Source of the DNA: Nitrospirota bacterium
GTDB lineage: Bacteria; Nitrospirota; UBA9217
Assembly (NCBI GenBank): GCA_963663225.1
Contig: OY760142.1
Location: 1,984,001-2,048,000 of the forward strand
Length of the DNA stretch: 64,000 bases
Direction: 5' to 3'
Part shown: positions 10,755 through 20,166 of the stretch, piece after piece
Layout: each line of letters opens with the position of its first letter
How positions within the stretch are numbered: the first letter of the stretch is position 1
Program-made: the position numbers and the translations under genes
Notes under the pieces: model-generated
Told to the model about the DNA's origin: nothing
The model's input: only the letters and a program-made list of their open reading frames with translations
Databases searched by the model: none

Positions 10755-11690
10755 ATGATCGCAAGAAAGCCAAGAAATAATAAGAAAAAAGAATATTTTA
10801 CCTTTATGTTCCTGCCCGGCCCGAACAAGCGGGTGCGTACACTCAGCATATCCAAATCTGTTCTTAAGAGCGTGGTTCTTTCTTTTCTGGGCGTCTTGGT
10901 GTTTTCAAGCTACCTTATTTACGAGTACAATGATGTAAAAGATAAAGTGTGGGAACTGCAGACTGTTCGTGAAGAGTTAATGCAGCAAAAGGCGCAGGTG
11001 CAGGGTTTTGCGCTCAACATGCTGGATTACAAACGACAGATGTTCTTGCTCAGAGATTTGGACACAAAACTTCGCCGAGCCGTAAGCCTGGGCCCGAGGG
11101 ACAAAGCTCAGCAGGTGCTGGGTATTGGAGGCCCTGATGAACTTGGTTTGCACAACCTGGCTTCACTTGGCGAAAAAAAGCAGGAAGAAGCGCTTAAGGA
11201 AATGCACCAGGAGTTGACGCAGCTCAAGGGTGCCGCTGCAAAACAGGAAACAAGCCTCCAGATGCTCATCGAATATTTCGAAGATAAACGCTCATTATAT
11301 GCATCCACGCCATCCATATGGCCGGTGCGCGGTTGGGTAACGTCTCCTTTTGGCAGCAGAACCTCGCCGTTCAGCGGAATACTTAAATTCCACGAAGGCA
11401 TTGATATTGCCGCCCAGACGGGAACGCCGGTCATGGCGCCCGCGGATGGCGTTGTGATGAAGGCCGGTTTTACCAGCGGTTATGGAAATGTGGTTGAGAT
11501 CAGTCACGGGTATGGTATTAAAACAGTATATGCCCATAACTCACGTTTGCATGTCAAAGAAGGACAGCGGGTCAAGCGTGGAGATGTTATTTGTTATGTA
11601 GGGGACACGGGTTCCAGCACGGGGCCGCATCTCCACTATGAGGTCCGCTTGAATGGTTTGCCGGTAAATCCTGTAAAATATATGAATTAA
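10755..11690 (+). CDS. M23-family peptidase with TM helix and coiled coil
   Basis: TPSIWPVRGWVTSPFG, HEGID, YAH and STGPHLHYEV. Confidence 0.92.
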   Translation: MIARKPRNNKKKEYFTFMFLPGPNKRVRTLSISKSVLKSVVLSFLGVLVFSSYLIYEYNDVKDKVWELQTVREELMQQKAQVQGFALNMLDYKRQMFLLRDLDTKLRRAVSLGPRDKAQQVLGIGGPDELGLHNLASLGEKKQEEALKEMHQELTQLKGAAAKQETSLQMLIEYFEDKRSLYASTPSIWPVRGWVTSPFGSRTSPFSGILKFHEGIDIAAQTGTPVMAPADGVVMKAGFTSGYGNVVEISHGYGIKTVYAHNSRLHVKEGQRVKRGDVICYVGDTGSSTGPHLHYEVRLNGLPVNPVKYMN

Positions 11691-11880
11691 GAAGTACAGA
11701 ATCGAACATCCATCCTCTTCAGATTATCACCGCTATTCATGATTGCATAAACTCTTAACAGTAGCCGGGGATAGAGCGTAATCAAGAACTATACGCTTAT
11801 CCCTTAACTATATCGATTCCGCAGGAGTGGCAAAACACGGGTCATTGCCTTCGGAAACTGGCAAGGAGGGGGTTGGCATT

Positions 11881-12087
11881 ATGTCTACAGGGAAAGTGAA
11901 GTGGTTCAATGAGTCAAAAGGATATGGGTTTATCGAACCGGATGGAGGTGGACGCGATGTGTTTGTGCACTTCTCGGCAATTCAGGGAGATGGATACAAA
12001 ACACTTTCGGAAGGGCAGGCGGTTGAATTTGAAGTAATCCAGGGCGAGAAAGGCCCTCAAGCATCAAATGTATTAAAGGCATCCTGA
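11881..12087 (+). CDS. cspA: Cold-shock protein
   Basis: [24 protein letters not shown] and [16 protein letters not shown] upstream of ATG 11881. Confidence 0.96.
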   Translation: MSTGKVKWFNESKGYGFIEPDGGGRDVFVHFSAIQGDGYKTLSEGQAVEFEVIQGEKGPQASNVLKAS

Positions 12088-12154
12088 TCGTTTTTCCCGA
12101 CGATATGCCTATACTTTATGGGAACTGTGGCCCGGTTACCTGCGTACATAATTT

Positions 12155-12190
12155 AAACCCCGAAGATTCTTTCGCTCTTCGGGGTTTTTT
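12155..12190. terminator. Intrinsic terminator between the convergent csp and arsR genes
   Basis: AAACCCCGAAGA-N9-TCTTCGGGGTTT followed by a T-run. Confidence 0.85.
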
Positions 12191-12255
12191 GTGCGCTTGG
12201 CCTAAGCTTTTGCTGTCAACAGATACCAAACAGAAAACATTAGTTGTCTTGTTCG

Positions 12256-12588
12256 TCAGACGCCTGCAACAACTTTTCTCTTTGCGGCATGCTGTTCAAA
12301 AAGTACTTCCTTCATCAGGGTGCACGCATCAATGACTTTTACGTTGGCAACCCGATAAAAGATATTCACCCCTTCCCGCCGTGTGGTCAAAATACCTTTG
12401 TGCCGCATAACAGCAAGATGCTGAGAGACATTTGCCTTTGATGCTCCGAGCGCTTCCACCAGCTCTGTGACCGTTTTCTCATGGTGCTTCAGGACGCTTA
12501 ATATTTCTATTCTCTTGGGATTCGTGAGGGTTTTGCAGAGCTCGGCCTGCATTTCGTATATCGCCTTGTCAGTCAAAATATTTTTCAT
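12256..12588 (-). CDS. ArsR/SmtB-family regulator (BigR/SqrR-like two-Cys pattern)
   Basis: AELCKTLTNPKRIEIL, ANVSQHLAVMR, RREG..IFYR, and a second Cys in DACTL. Confidence 0.9.
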   Translation of the reverse strand: MKNILTDKAIYEMQAELCKTLTNPKRIEILSVLKHHEKTVTELVEALGASKANVSQHLAVMRHKGILTTRREGVNIFYRVANVKVIDACTLMKEVLFEQHAAKRKVVAGV

Positions 12589-12819
12589 GGAGACTTTTTA
12601 CACTTACCGGGTACATTTGTCAAGCAACAAATAGCCAAATAGAAGGTCGTTTTTAATCTGGAATTCCCGGTATGAACAGCATCAATCGAAACGTAAACAC
12701 AAGGTAAGCAATGACCTTTTTCGTACGAATAGACAACGATTATTTGCTTGAATTCCCCGGTAAAAATGATAATATCAAAATGCTGATAATGTCACAAGTG
12801 TTATATGGAGAGAAAATAG

Positions 12820-15456
12820 ATGATAGGCGGTATTCTAAAAAAAGTATTTGGCACGCAGAATGATAGAGAACTGAAACGAATTCAAGCGTACGTTGAGAAG
12901 ATCAATGCTCTCGATTCTGAATTTTCACGTCTGACTGATGCGGACTTGCGGGGCAAGACCGATGAATACAAGAAACGGCTGCAGCAGGGAGAAACGCTCA
13001 CGGATCTTCTTCCCGAAGCATTTGCCGCGGTGCGTGAGGTTTCGAGGCGGACGCTCGGTATGCGCCATTTTGACTCTCAGCTTGTGGGCGGCATTGTGCT
13101 GCATGAAGGCAAAATCGCCGAGATGAAAACCGGTGAAGGCAAGACGCTTGTCGCCACTCTTCCTGTCTACCTGAACAGCCTGACGGGCAAAGGGGTGCAT
13201 GTGGTTACCGTGAATGATTATCTCGCCCGGCGCGATGCACAGTGGATGGGGCCCGTTTACCAGTTCCTCGGCCTCTCCGTGGGGGTGATCGTCCACGGAC
13301 TTGAAGACGAAGAACGCCAGCAGGCCTATGGGTCTGATGTGACCTACGGCACCAACAACGAATTCGGTTTTGATTATCTGCGCGACAATATGAAATTTGA
13401 CCTCAAGGATTATGTCCAGCGCGAATTGAACTTTGCCATTGTCGACGAAGTGGATTCCATCCTGATTGACGAAGCCCGGACCCCGCTCATCATTTCCGGT
13501 CCGGCGGAAGATTCAACCGACAAATATTATAAAATAAACCGCATTATTCCGAGCCTTAAAAAAGATACCGACTACACGATTGAAGAAAAAACCAAGACCG
13601 TGGCGCTGACCGAAGACGGCAATATTAAGGTAGAGCGCATGATCGGTGCGGGGAATCTGTATGATCCGGCAAACGTGGAACTCGTGCACCATGTACACCA
13701 GGCGCTGAAAGCGCACGCGCTGTTTCACCGCGACGTGGATTACGTCGTCAAGGATGACCAGGTCCTGATTGTTGATGAGTTTACCGGCAGACTCATGCCC
13801 GGCAGGCGCTGGAGCGACGGCCTCCATCAGGCCATCGAAGCCAAGGAAAATGTCAAGATCGAGAATGAGAACCAGACATTGGCATCGATTACGTTCCAGA
13901 ATTACTTCCGGTTGTATAACAAGCTTGCTGGAATGACAGGCACTGCGGAGACGGAGTCCGCGGAGTTTGCAAAGATTTACAACCTCGACGTGCTGGTGAT
14001 TCCCACCAACATGCCGATGATTCGGGCGGACAATCCCGACTTTATATACAAGAGCGAGACAGGAAAGTTCAACGCGGCCATCAACGAGATCGAGGAGCGG
14101 CATAAAAACGGCCAGCCCATGCTGGTTGGCACGATCACCATCTCCAAGTCCGAGATACTTTCCGCGATGCTCAAGAAAAAGGGCATCAAACATACGGTGC
14201 TGAATGCCAAATATCATGAGATGGAAGCCGAGATTGTGGCGCAGGCAGGCCGATATGGTGCCGTTACCATTGCGACAAACATGGCGGGCCGCGGAACGGA
14301 CATCATTCTCGGCGGCAATCCCGAAGGGCTTGCGCGCCAAATGCTGAAAGGCAAGGAATATACCGCGGAAGAATGGAACGCAACGCTTTCTTCGCTGAAA
14401 GACCAGTGTGCTGCAGAAAAAGAGAAAGTAAAAGTCGCGGGTGGCCTTCATATTCTGGGTACTGAGCGGCATGAGGCGCGGCGCATCGACAACCAGTTGC
14501 GCGGACGGTCCGGCCGTCAGGGAGACCCCGGGTCATCGCGATTCTACCTTTCTCTTGAAGACGATCTGCTCCGTATCTTCGGGGCCGACCGGATCAAGGG
14601 ACTTATGAGCCGGCTCGGCATGGAGGAAGACGTTCCTATTGAGCATGGCATGGTGTCCCGTACCATTGAAAATAATCAAAAGAAGGTGGAGAACCACAAC
14701 TTCGAGATACGAAAACATATTCTTGAATACGACGACGTGATGAACCAGCAGCGTAAAGTCATCTATGAACAACGGCGCCAGATTCTCGGTGGTGAAGATC
14801 TTAAGGAAGAAGTTCTCGGACTTGCAGAAGACATGCTCGAAGGCATGCTCGGATTCTACTGCCCCGAAGACGCCTACCCGGAGACGTGGGATATCACGGG
14901 CCTGCGGGACGCGCTCGCAGCCAAGTTTTCCTATCGTATGACGGATATAGACCCGCAATCTATGGAGCGCGGCGAATTATACGAAAAACTTTGGGAGGCG
15001 GTCAAACAGAGTTATGACGCCAAAGAGCAGCAGATCGGCACCGAGTTGATGCGGCATTTAGAGAAAGTCTTTATGCTCCAGGCAGTGGATCAGCAGTGGA
15101 AAGACCACCTCCTTGCCATGGACCATTTAAAAGAGGGGATCGGGCTGAGGGGCTATGGCCAGAAAGACCCCCTGATAGAATATAAAAAAGAGGGCTTCGA
15201 GATGTTCGAAGAAATGAAGCTGCGCATCGTGGAATCTACGGTGGAGAACCTCTTCCGCATCAAGGCTGCTGCAAAAGAACAGAGCCAGGAAATCGAACGG
15301 CGCCAGCGGCGTCAGATGGAGAAACTGAGCTTTGTCGGTTCCGGCGACGCAGCCCCGCAACCGGCCCAGCCTGTCCATGCAGGCCAAAAAGTCGGCAGAA
15401 ACGACCCCTGCCCCTGCGGGAGTGGTCTGAAGTACAAAAAGTGCCACGGAAAATGA
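12820..15456 (+). CDS. secA: Preprotein translocase ATPase
   Basis: [41 protein letters not shown] and SEC-C motif [17 protein letters not shown]. Confidence 0.99.
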   Translation: MIGGILKKVFGTQNDRELKRIQAYVEKINALDSEFSRLTDADLRGKTDEYKKRLQQGETLTDLLPEAFAAVREVSRRTLGMRHFDSQLVGGIVLHEGKIAEMKTGEGKTLVATLPVYLNSLTGKGVHVVTVNDYLARRDAQWMGPVYQFLGLSVGVIVHGLEDEERQQAYGSDVTYGTNNEFGFDYLRDNMKFDLKDYVQRELNFAIVDEVDSILIDEARTPLIISGPAEDSTDKYYKINRIIPSLKKDTDYTIEEKTKTVALTEDGNIKVERMIGAGNLYDPANVELVHHVHQALKAHALFHRDVDYVVKDDQVLIVDEFTGRLMPGRRWSDGLHQAIEAKENVKIENENQTLASITFQNYFRLYNKLAGMTGTAETESAEFAKIYNLDVLVIPTNMPMIRADNPDFIYKSETGKFNAAINEIEERHKNGQPMLVGTITISKSEILSAMLKKKGIKHTVLNAKYHEMEAEIVAQAGRYGAVTIATNMAGRGTDIILGGNPEGLARQMLKGKEYTAEEWNATLSSLKDQCAAEKEKVKVAGGLHILGTERHEARRIDNQLRGRSGRQGDPGSSRFYLSLEDDLLRIFGADRIKGLMSRLGMEEDVPIEHGMVSRTIENNQKKVENHNFEIRKHILEYDDVMNQQRKVIYEQRRQILGGEDLKEEVLGLAEDMLEGMLGFYCPEDAYPETWDITGLRDALAAKFSYRMTDIDPQSMERGELYEKLWEAVKQSYDAKEQQIGTELMRHLEKVFMLQAVDQQWKDHLLAMDHLKEGIGLRGYGQKDPLIEYKKEGFEMFEEMKLRIVESTVENLFRIKAAAKEQSQEIERRQRRQMEKLSFVGSGDAAPQPAQPVHAGQKVGRNDPCPCGSGLKYKKCHGK

Positions 15457-15495
15457 ACTGATAGTAAGATGATCGTTTTATGACATTGACTTTTC

Positions 15496-15529
15496 AATGC
15501 GGTCCCCATGTTCGGAGGCCGCATTTTTT
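15496..15529 (+). terminator. Intrinsic terminator after secA
   Basis: AATGCGGTC...GGCCGCATT stem followed by a T-run. Confidence 0.75.
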
Positions 15530-15868
15530 GTTTGCGGGGCTTTACAGAGCGTCTGGTTTCATTTCTTGGTCTTACTAACCTCCGTAAATCATCATATATT
15601 GTGCGCAGCGGGGAATAAGATAAGGATTCTTTTATGAAAAGGGACCTCTCTGTATTATTCCTATTACAGGTTCCGGCGTTGGCGTTCAGTGGTAACTAAA
15701 ACGTTCGATGTCGCACAGGGTAGACCATTGCCAATCTTTTATGTGTAAAGCCATAAATACTTGTAGATTATAGGATGCCTTTGTTGTATAATTAAATAAC
15801 ATTACGATACGAACTTTTTGGATTGCATCTGATCTGATATCCGATCCGCCTGAGCCTGGGGGTGTGAC

Positions 15869-16051
15869 ATGTTTATACCGCTAGAGCAGTGCCAAATCTA
15901 CAAGGATGGTCAATGGATTACGGTGGCAGCTTCGGACTGCATGTGTTTCACCTGCGATGCTCCGTGTTCTCCTTGTGAAAAAGACTGTCCGGGGCCGACG
16001 AAGGAATGTAAAAAGAAACAAGACGCAGTAAAAAACGGCAGGCTTCCTTGA
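15869..16051 (+). CDS. Small Cys-rich hypothetical protein (8 Cys in 60 aa)
   Basis: GGGGGTG SD, upstream TATAAT and the cluster CMCFTCDAPCSPCEKDC. Confidence 0.55.
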   Translation: MFIPLEQCQIYKDGQWITVAASDCMCFTCDAPCSPCEKDCPGPTKECKKKQDAVKNGRLP

Positions 16052-16210
16052 TTTTATTTACAAACGGAGCTAAAGAAACCGAAGAAAATGCAGCTAAGAT
16101 AACTGCGGAGCTTTTCGCCGACGTTCTTTCAACTTTGGGTACGAATCTCACCTGGACACCGGCATGTGTGCATAGATTTCGACCACCGGTGTCTTATTAT
16201 GGAGGTGACG

Positions 16211-16681
16211 ATGATATCGCCGATCGGACCACCTGCTAGCCTGTTTTCCTACTTTCAGACCGATGCTGTTGCCAGGAACAAGTCAGCTTCCCCCGCAGAT
16301 ACTATGGCTGTTCAGGCCTCCGCGGATTCAGAAAAAACCGCAGCCATAGGCCCGAACGAGTGCAAAACCTGAGCGTCGAGAAAGTACAAGGATCGGTCAA
16401 ATGATCCTTCCGTTTCGTTTCAGACGCCGACGTCGGTAGCCCCTGAACTTGCCGCGAGTGCTGTGCGCGCCCATGAGCAGGAGCATGTTCAGCACAATGC
16501 ATTAAAAGCAGAGAGCGCCGGTATGAAAGCGACCTCAATCGTACAGATACATACCGCCGTATGTCCTGAGTGCGGCAGAATTTATGTGTCTGGGGGGACC
16601 ACTATCACGACCTTTTCACCTGACCAATCCTTCACTCCAACGGACTCTTCCAACGGAATGCTCGTCAATATCCGCGTATGA
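16211..16681 (+). CDS. Candidate selenoprotein, 156 aa, CxxU...HExxH...CxxC (in-frame TGA at 16370-16372)
   Basis: GGAGGT SD before ATG 16211. ORF-track pieces 16166-16372 and 16463-16681 share a frame and join as ECKT-U-ASRKYKDRSNDPSVSFQTPT...AVRAHEQEH...CPECGRIYVSGGTT. A SECIS-like hairpin follows the TGA. Confidence 0.78.
16388..16409 (+). promoter_or_regulatory. Putative bacterial SECIS element
   Basis: AAGGATC-GGTCAAAT-GATCCTT: a 7-bp perfect stem starting 15 nt after the UGA, with a loop starting with GG at +23. Confidence 0.7.
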
Positions 16682-17021
16682 GCGCGGCAGCGTCCTGTGT
16701 CACGAGATGCATCCATCGGGTTCCAAGTATCTCACACGTGTTTACAAATTGAATTGCCTGGAAAAATAACCTGCCTGTTGCAGGCAAATCTTCTTCTCAA
16801 CAATATGCACGGACGTCTTCATGAGTTGAGCTTCTTGAGCCCTGCAGGGCGGGCGGAGGGTTTTGCCGACTTGCGGACTTTTATGTCTGATACGAAAATA
16901 TTATGTAGAATCTGTTTTAAAATACTGATAGACTTGTTGCCGAAGATGCATAATAGCCGCTATGCTTTTTACACGGAACCTATTTGAATTCTCATTATTT
17001 ACTATGACGGGGAGGCAAGGC

Positions 17022-17384
17022 ATGTTTGGGATGGGAGCCATGGAGTCTATCGCGATTATTCTGCTGGTTGTGCTGATAGGGGCCGCAATCTGGTTGACTT
17101 TTTTCCTTAAAAAAAAATATCCGAACAATATCTGGATTGGGTTTATTCTCAGTTTTTTGCTGCCTCCCATCGGTCAGTTGTACATCGCGGGGGCGCTGCC
17201 ATGGATCACCGCTTTATTTGTCTGCTACGTTTTTTTTCAGGGCTTTCGCATAACGATAGCCACGGCATGGCTGTTGACCGCGGCGGTTTCGGGCATAATC
17301 ATGTGTTATAGACTGCTCCAGCAAAAGAAATCACCGGAGAATTCACCGGTGAAATTGCCAGCGAAAAAAAGCAAAAAAAAATAG
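17022..17384 (+). CDS. Hypothetical membrane protein (about 4 TM helices)
   Basis: GGAGG SD, hydrophobic segments and a Lys-rich tail. Confidence 0.7.
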   Translation: MFGMGAMESIAIILLVVLIGAAIWLTFFLKKKYPNNIWIGFILSFLLPPIGQLYIAGALPWITALFVCYVFFQGFRITIATAWLLTAAVSGIIMCYRLLQQKKSPENSPVKLPAKKSKKK

Positions 17385-17387
17385 GGT

Positions 17388-18002
17388 GTGCCGATTATGG
17401 AGTTGATAATGCCTCGGGTCCGTTTAGAAAAACAACTTCGATTTATGGTGGAACTGGACAAGCTTAAACGTATCGTTCGTCATACCAGGCTTACCGATCA
17501 TTCCCGCCTGGAGAATGACGCCGAACACTCCTGGCATATGGCTGTTTACGCGTCATGGATGGCGGAATATGCAACAGAGAAAATGGACGTGCTGCGGGCG
17601 GTAAAGATGTGTCTCATCCACGATGTTGTTGAAATTGATGCAGGGGACGCATACGCATACGATGCTGCTGCCAATGTGGGCAAAGCCGAGCGTGAGCGCA
17701 AAGCCGCAGAGCGAATTTTTCACCTGCTGCCGGAAGACCAGTATCTTGAGATTCGATCCCTCTGGGAGGACTTTGAGGAAATGAAGTCTCCCGAAGCGAG
17801 GTTTGCCGCGGCTCTTGACCGGCTTCAGAGCGTTCTGAACAACTACCATGCCGGCGGCGTTATCTGGAAAGAACATGGCATAAAAGAGAGCCAGATCCAG
17901 TCGCGGATCGGGCCGGTGCGGAGCATCACTCCCGCTCTCTGGGAGTATTTACAAGAAATCGTGACGGACGGTGTTCGCCGGGGGTGGATTGCGCCAGGGT
18001 AA
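17388..18002 (+). CDS. HD-domain phosphohydrolase (HD_3 / 5'-deoxynucleotidase-like)
   Basis: ELDKLK, ENDAEHSWH, LIHDVVEIDAGD and PEARFAAALDRLQ. Confidence 0.9.
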   Translation: MPIMELIMPRVRLEKQLRFMVELDKLKRIVRHTRLTDHSRLENDAEHSWHMAVYASWMAEYATEKMDVLRAVKMCLIHDVVEIDAGDAYAYDAAANVGKAERERKAAERIFHLLPEDQYLEIRSLWEDFEEMKSPEARFAAALDRLQSVLNNYHAGGVIWKEHGIKESQIQSRIGPVRSITPALWEYLQEIVTDGVRRGWIAPG

Positions 18003-18017
18003 GAGCCGTCCTGCTTT

Positions 18018-18689
18018 TTACCTGGAGCCGGTTCTTTTGTCGTCGAATGACAGGGCCTGTTTCGGGCAGGCCACCACGCAGGTTCCGCATTTGATGCAGT
18101 CGTTGTCACGAACTACGCCAAACTCCCTGTCTGATGAGGGCGCAAGCTGCATTGGACAGGTTTTATCGCAAGCCTTGCAGGAAATACAGCTTGCCTGTAT
18201 TCTGAGCGGCTCCTTTCCATCTGAAAGCCAGTTTGCAATGGTCCCCATGGGGCATATATGGCACCACGTCCGGGGATGTATGGCGATACCGAGAACAATT
18301 CCGACTGTGGTTGTTACCGTGAGAATTATGACGAATGCCCTCCCTATGTTGTCAACATGCGGCCAGGCAAAAAAGATTTGCATGCCGAGCACTGAAAAGA
18401 GCAGGGCAATGACCGCGATGCGGGCACCGGTTGAACGGAAAAAGGGCGGTATCGTGCGCTTGCTGCTCAACCGGTCAAGGAAGAGATCGTAAAAACTTCC
18501 CCGCGGACACATCCAGTCGCACCATGCCCGCCCGCGATACGCGGCAATACCGAGTGCCCCCGCCATGCATCCCAGCAGCAGAAATCCTAGTTTGGGATAG
18601 AACCAACCGCCGATAACAACGAGGGGCAGGCCGAACCAGGTGTAATGTTGAAAGTTTTTTCTTTTTTGTCTGAACTCTGCAAGGGTCAT
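18018..18689 (-). CDS. Membrane 4Fe-4S protein (NapH/YccM-like)
   Basis: TM helices, two Cx3CP motifs (WCDWMCPRG, WCHICPMG) and two ferredoxin motifs (CISCKACDKTCP, CIKCGTCVVACP). Confidence 0.88.
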   Translation of the reverse strand: MTLAEFRQKRKNFQHYTWFGLPLVVIGGWFYPKLGFLLLGCMAGALGIAAYRGRAWCDWMCPRGSFYDLFLDRLSSKRTIPPFFRSTGARIAVIALLFSVLGMQIFFAWPHVDNIGRAFVIILTVTTTVGIVLGIAIHPRTWCHICPMGTIANWLSDGKEPLRIQASCISCKACDKTCPMQLAPSSDREFGVVRDNDCIKCGTCVVACPKQALSFDDKRTGSR

Positions 18690-19087
18690 TTTTTTCTACT
18701 CCGTTGTTTTTTTTGCATGTACGCGAGAAACGTTTCCATGTCGCATTTTCCCGTTTTTTTCTGAAATTCAGTGCATTCACCAAGAGACTGCAAGTCGTTT
18801 TTAAAGACGTCGCTATTCTGAAGTTCCTCGCGCAGGAGCGCGAGCAATCGCGCCTGCAGGCGGGGAAGTTTTTTCTTGATGCGGTAAAACGTCATTTTCC
18901 CCTCTCTGCGGTCATCGAGGAATCCGGCCTTGTAAAGAAGGGAAAGGTTCCTGGAAACAAGCGGTTGGATCATGCCGAGCGCACCCATGATCTGGCAGAC
19001 GCAGAGTTCTTTCTGGGAAAGGAGCAGCAGAATCCGCATCCGCGACGTATCCGCGAGGAGCTTGAATATATCGGAGGCAAGACGCAT
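18686..19087 (-). CDS. ArsR/SmtB-family metalloregulator
   Basis: FKLLADTSRMRIL, ELCVCQI metal box, VSRNLS.L and RREGK. Its stop overlaps the start of the 4Fe-4S gene (ATGA). Confidence 0.9.
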   Translation of the reverse strand: MRLASDIFKLLADTSRMRILLLLSQKELCVCQIMGALGMIQPLVSRNLSLLYKAGFLDDRREGKMTFYRIKKKLPRLQARLLALLREELQNSDVFKNDLQSLGECTEFQKKTGKCDMETFLAYMQKKQRSRKK

Positions 19088-19195
19088 TAACATATATATA
19101 TACAATTATATGAAAAAGTCAAGGGGTTTTCAGCAAAATAATTTGCTTTTCGCGGCATAATCGCTATAATAATTCCGGAGACTACTCATTTTCCT

Positions 19196-20005
19196 ATGAA
19201 AATCGCCGGTATACAAGTCAGCGCCGGTCCCGATGTGGACCGAAATATCGAACGCGCGTTGGAAATGGCCGAGGTGGCAATCGAAAAGAACGCCAGGACC
19301 ATCTGCTACCCCGAGTTGTTTCTAACCGCATGGTTTCCACGGACGGAAGACCCCTCCTGCATATCCTGGGCGCGTCATGCCGCATGCGAAACCCTGACGC
19401 CGTTTCGTGCATTTTCGAAAGAAAAAAACGCTGTTTTGATCGTTCCTTTTTTTGAATATTCTGAAAACAAGTACTATAACAGCGCGGCAGTTTTTGATTC
19501 AGGCGCGCTTCTGGGGACATACCGGAAGCTGCATATCCCCAATCTCTCTCTCTACCGGGAGCAGTTCTATTTTTCCCCCGGCGACATGGGGTTCCCGGTT
19601 TTTGCAACCTCCCAGGGCAGAATCGGGGTCCAGCTCTGCTGGGACAACCTGTTTCCCGAAGGCACCCGCATTCTTGCATTGAAGGGCGCTGATTTTATTT
19701 TTGCGCCCACCGCTGCGTCGGTAAGCACGCATACCCTGTGGGAACGGGCCATCTGCGCGAATGCTTTTGCCAACAATACGTTCATTTTCCGGGTCAATCG
19801 GGTAGGGAAGGAAGAAGGCATCTCCTTTTACGGCAGAAGCTTCTGCGTGAACCCCTGGGGAGAAATGACCTCGGAGCTCGCCGGCAGCAAAGATGCGATC
19901 GTGATTGCGGACATCGACCTTGCGGATCGCGACGCGGCGGCCGAGACCTGGGGCTTTCTGAAGAAGCGCCGTCCCCGGGAATACGGCGATCTGGTTCAGG
20001 AATAA
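19196..20005 (+). CDS. Carbon-nitrogen hydrolase (nitrilase superfamily, N-carbamoyl-amidohydrolase-like)
   Basis: Glu-Lys-Cys triad motifs PELF, YRKLHIP and QLCWD, plus E.FYFSPGD, VNRVG.E and RRPREY. Confidence 0.9.
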   Translation: MKIAGIQVSAGPDVDRNIERALEMAEVAIEKNARTICYPELFLTAWFPRTEDPSCISWARHAACETLTPFRAFSKEKNAVLIVPFFEYSENKYYNSAAVFDSGALLGTYRKLHIPNLSLYREQFYFSPGDMGFPVFATSQGRIGVQLCWDNLFPEGTRILALKGADFIFAPTAASVSTHTLWERAICANAFANNTFIFRVNRVGKEEGISFYGRSFCVNPWGEMTSELAGSKDAIVIADIDLADRDAAAETWGFLKKRRPREYGDLVQE

Positions 20006-20166
20006 CAAGGTACGACGACCTTCCGGCTTCCCGCGTGTTTTTTTTCGATGATGGCACCTTTCCTTTCTGTGTTTGATTTTTGCCGAGCGCATTATTTTGC
20101 CACAATAAACGCCTTCCTTTTTTTTAGCATCACCAGACACGAAATAAAATTCAAGGGAGCTCATTC

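Noticed and set aside
15634-15699. 21-aa signal-peptide-like ORF MKRDLSVLFLLQVPALAFSGN
   Set aside because: It stops at TAA with no recognisable continuation. It is at most a gene scar.
15710-15780. c-di-GMP-I riboswitch-like words (GCACAGGG.A.ACCATT, AAAGCC)
   Set aside because: There is no GNRA tetraloop stem, GACGCAAA core or P2 hairpin.
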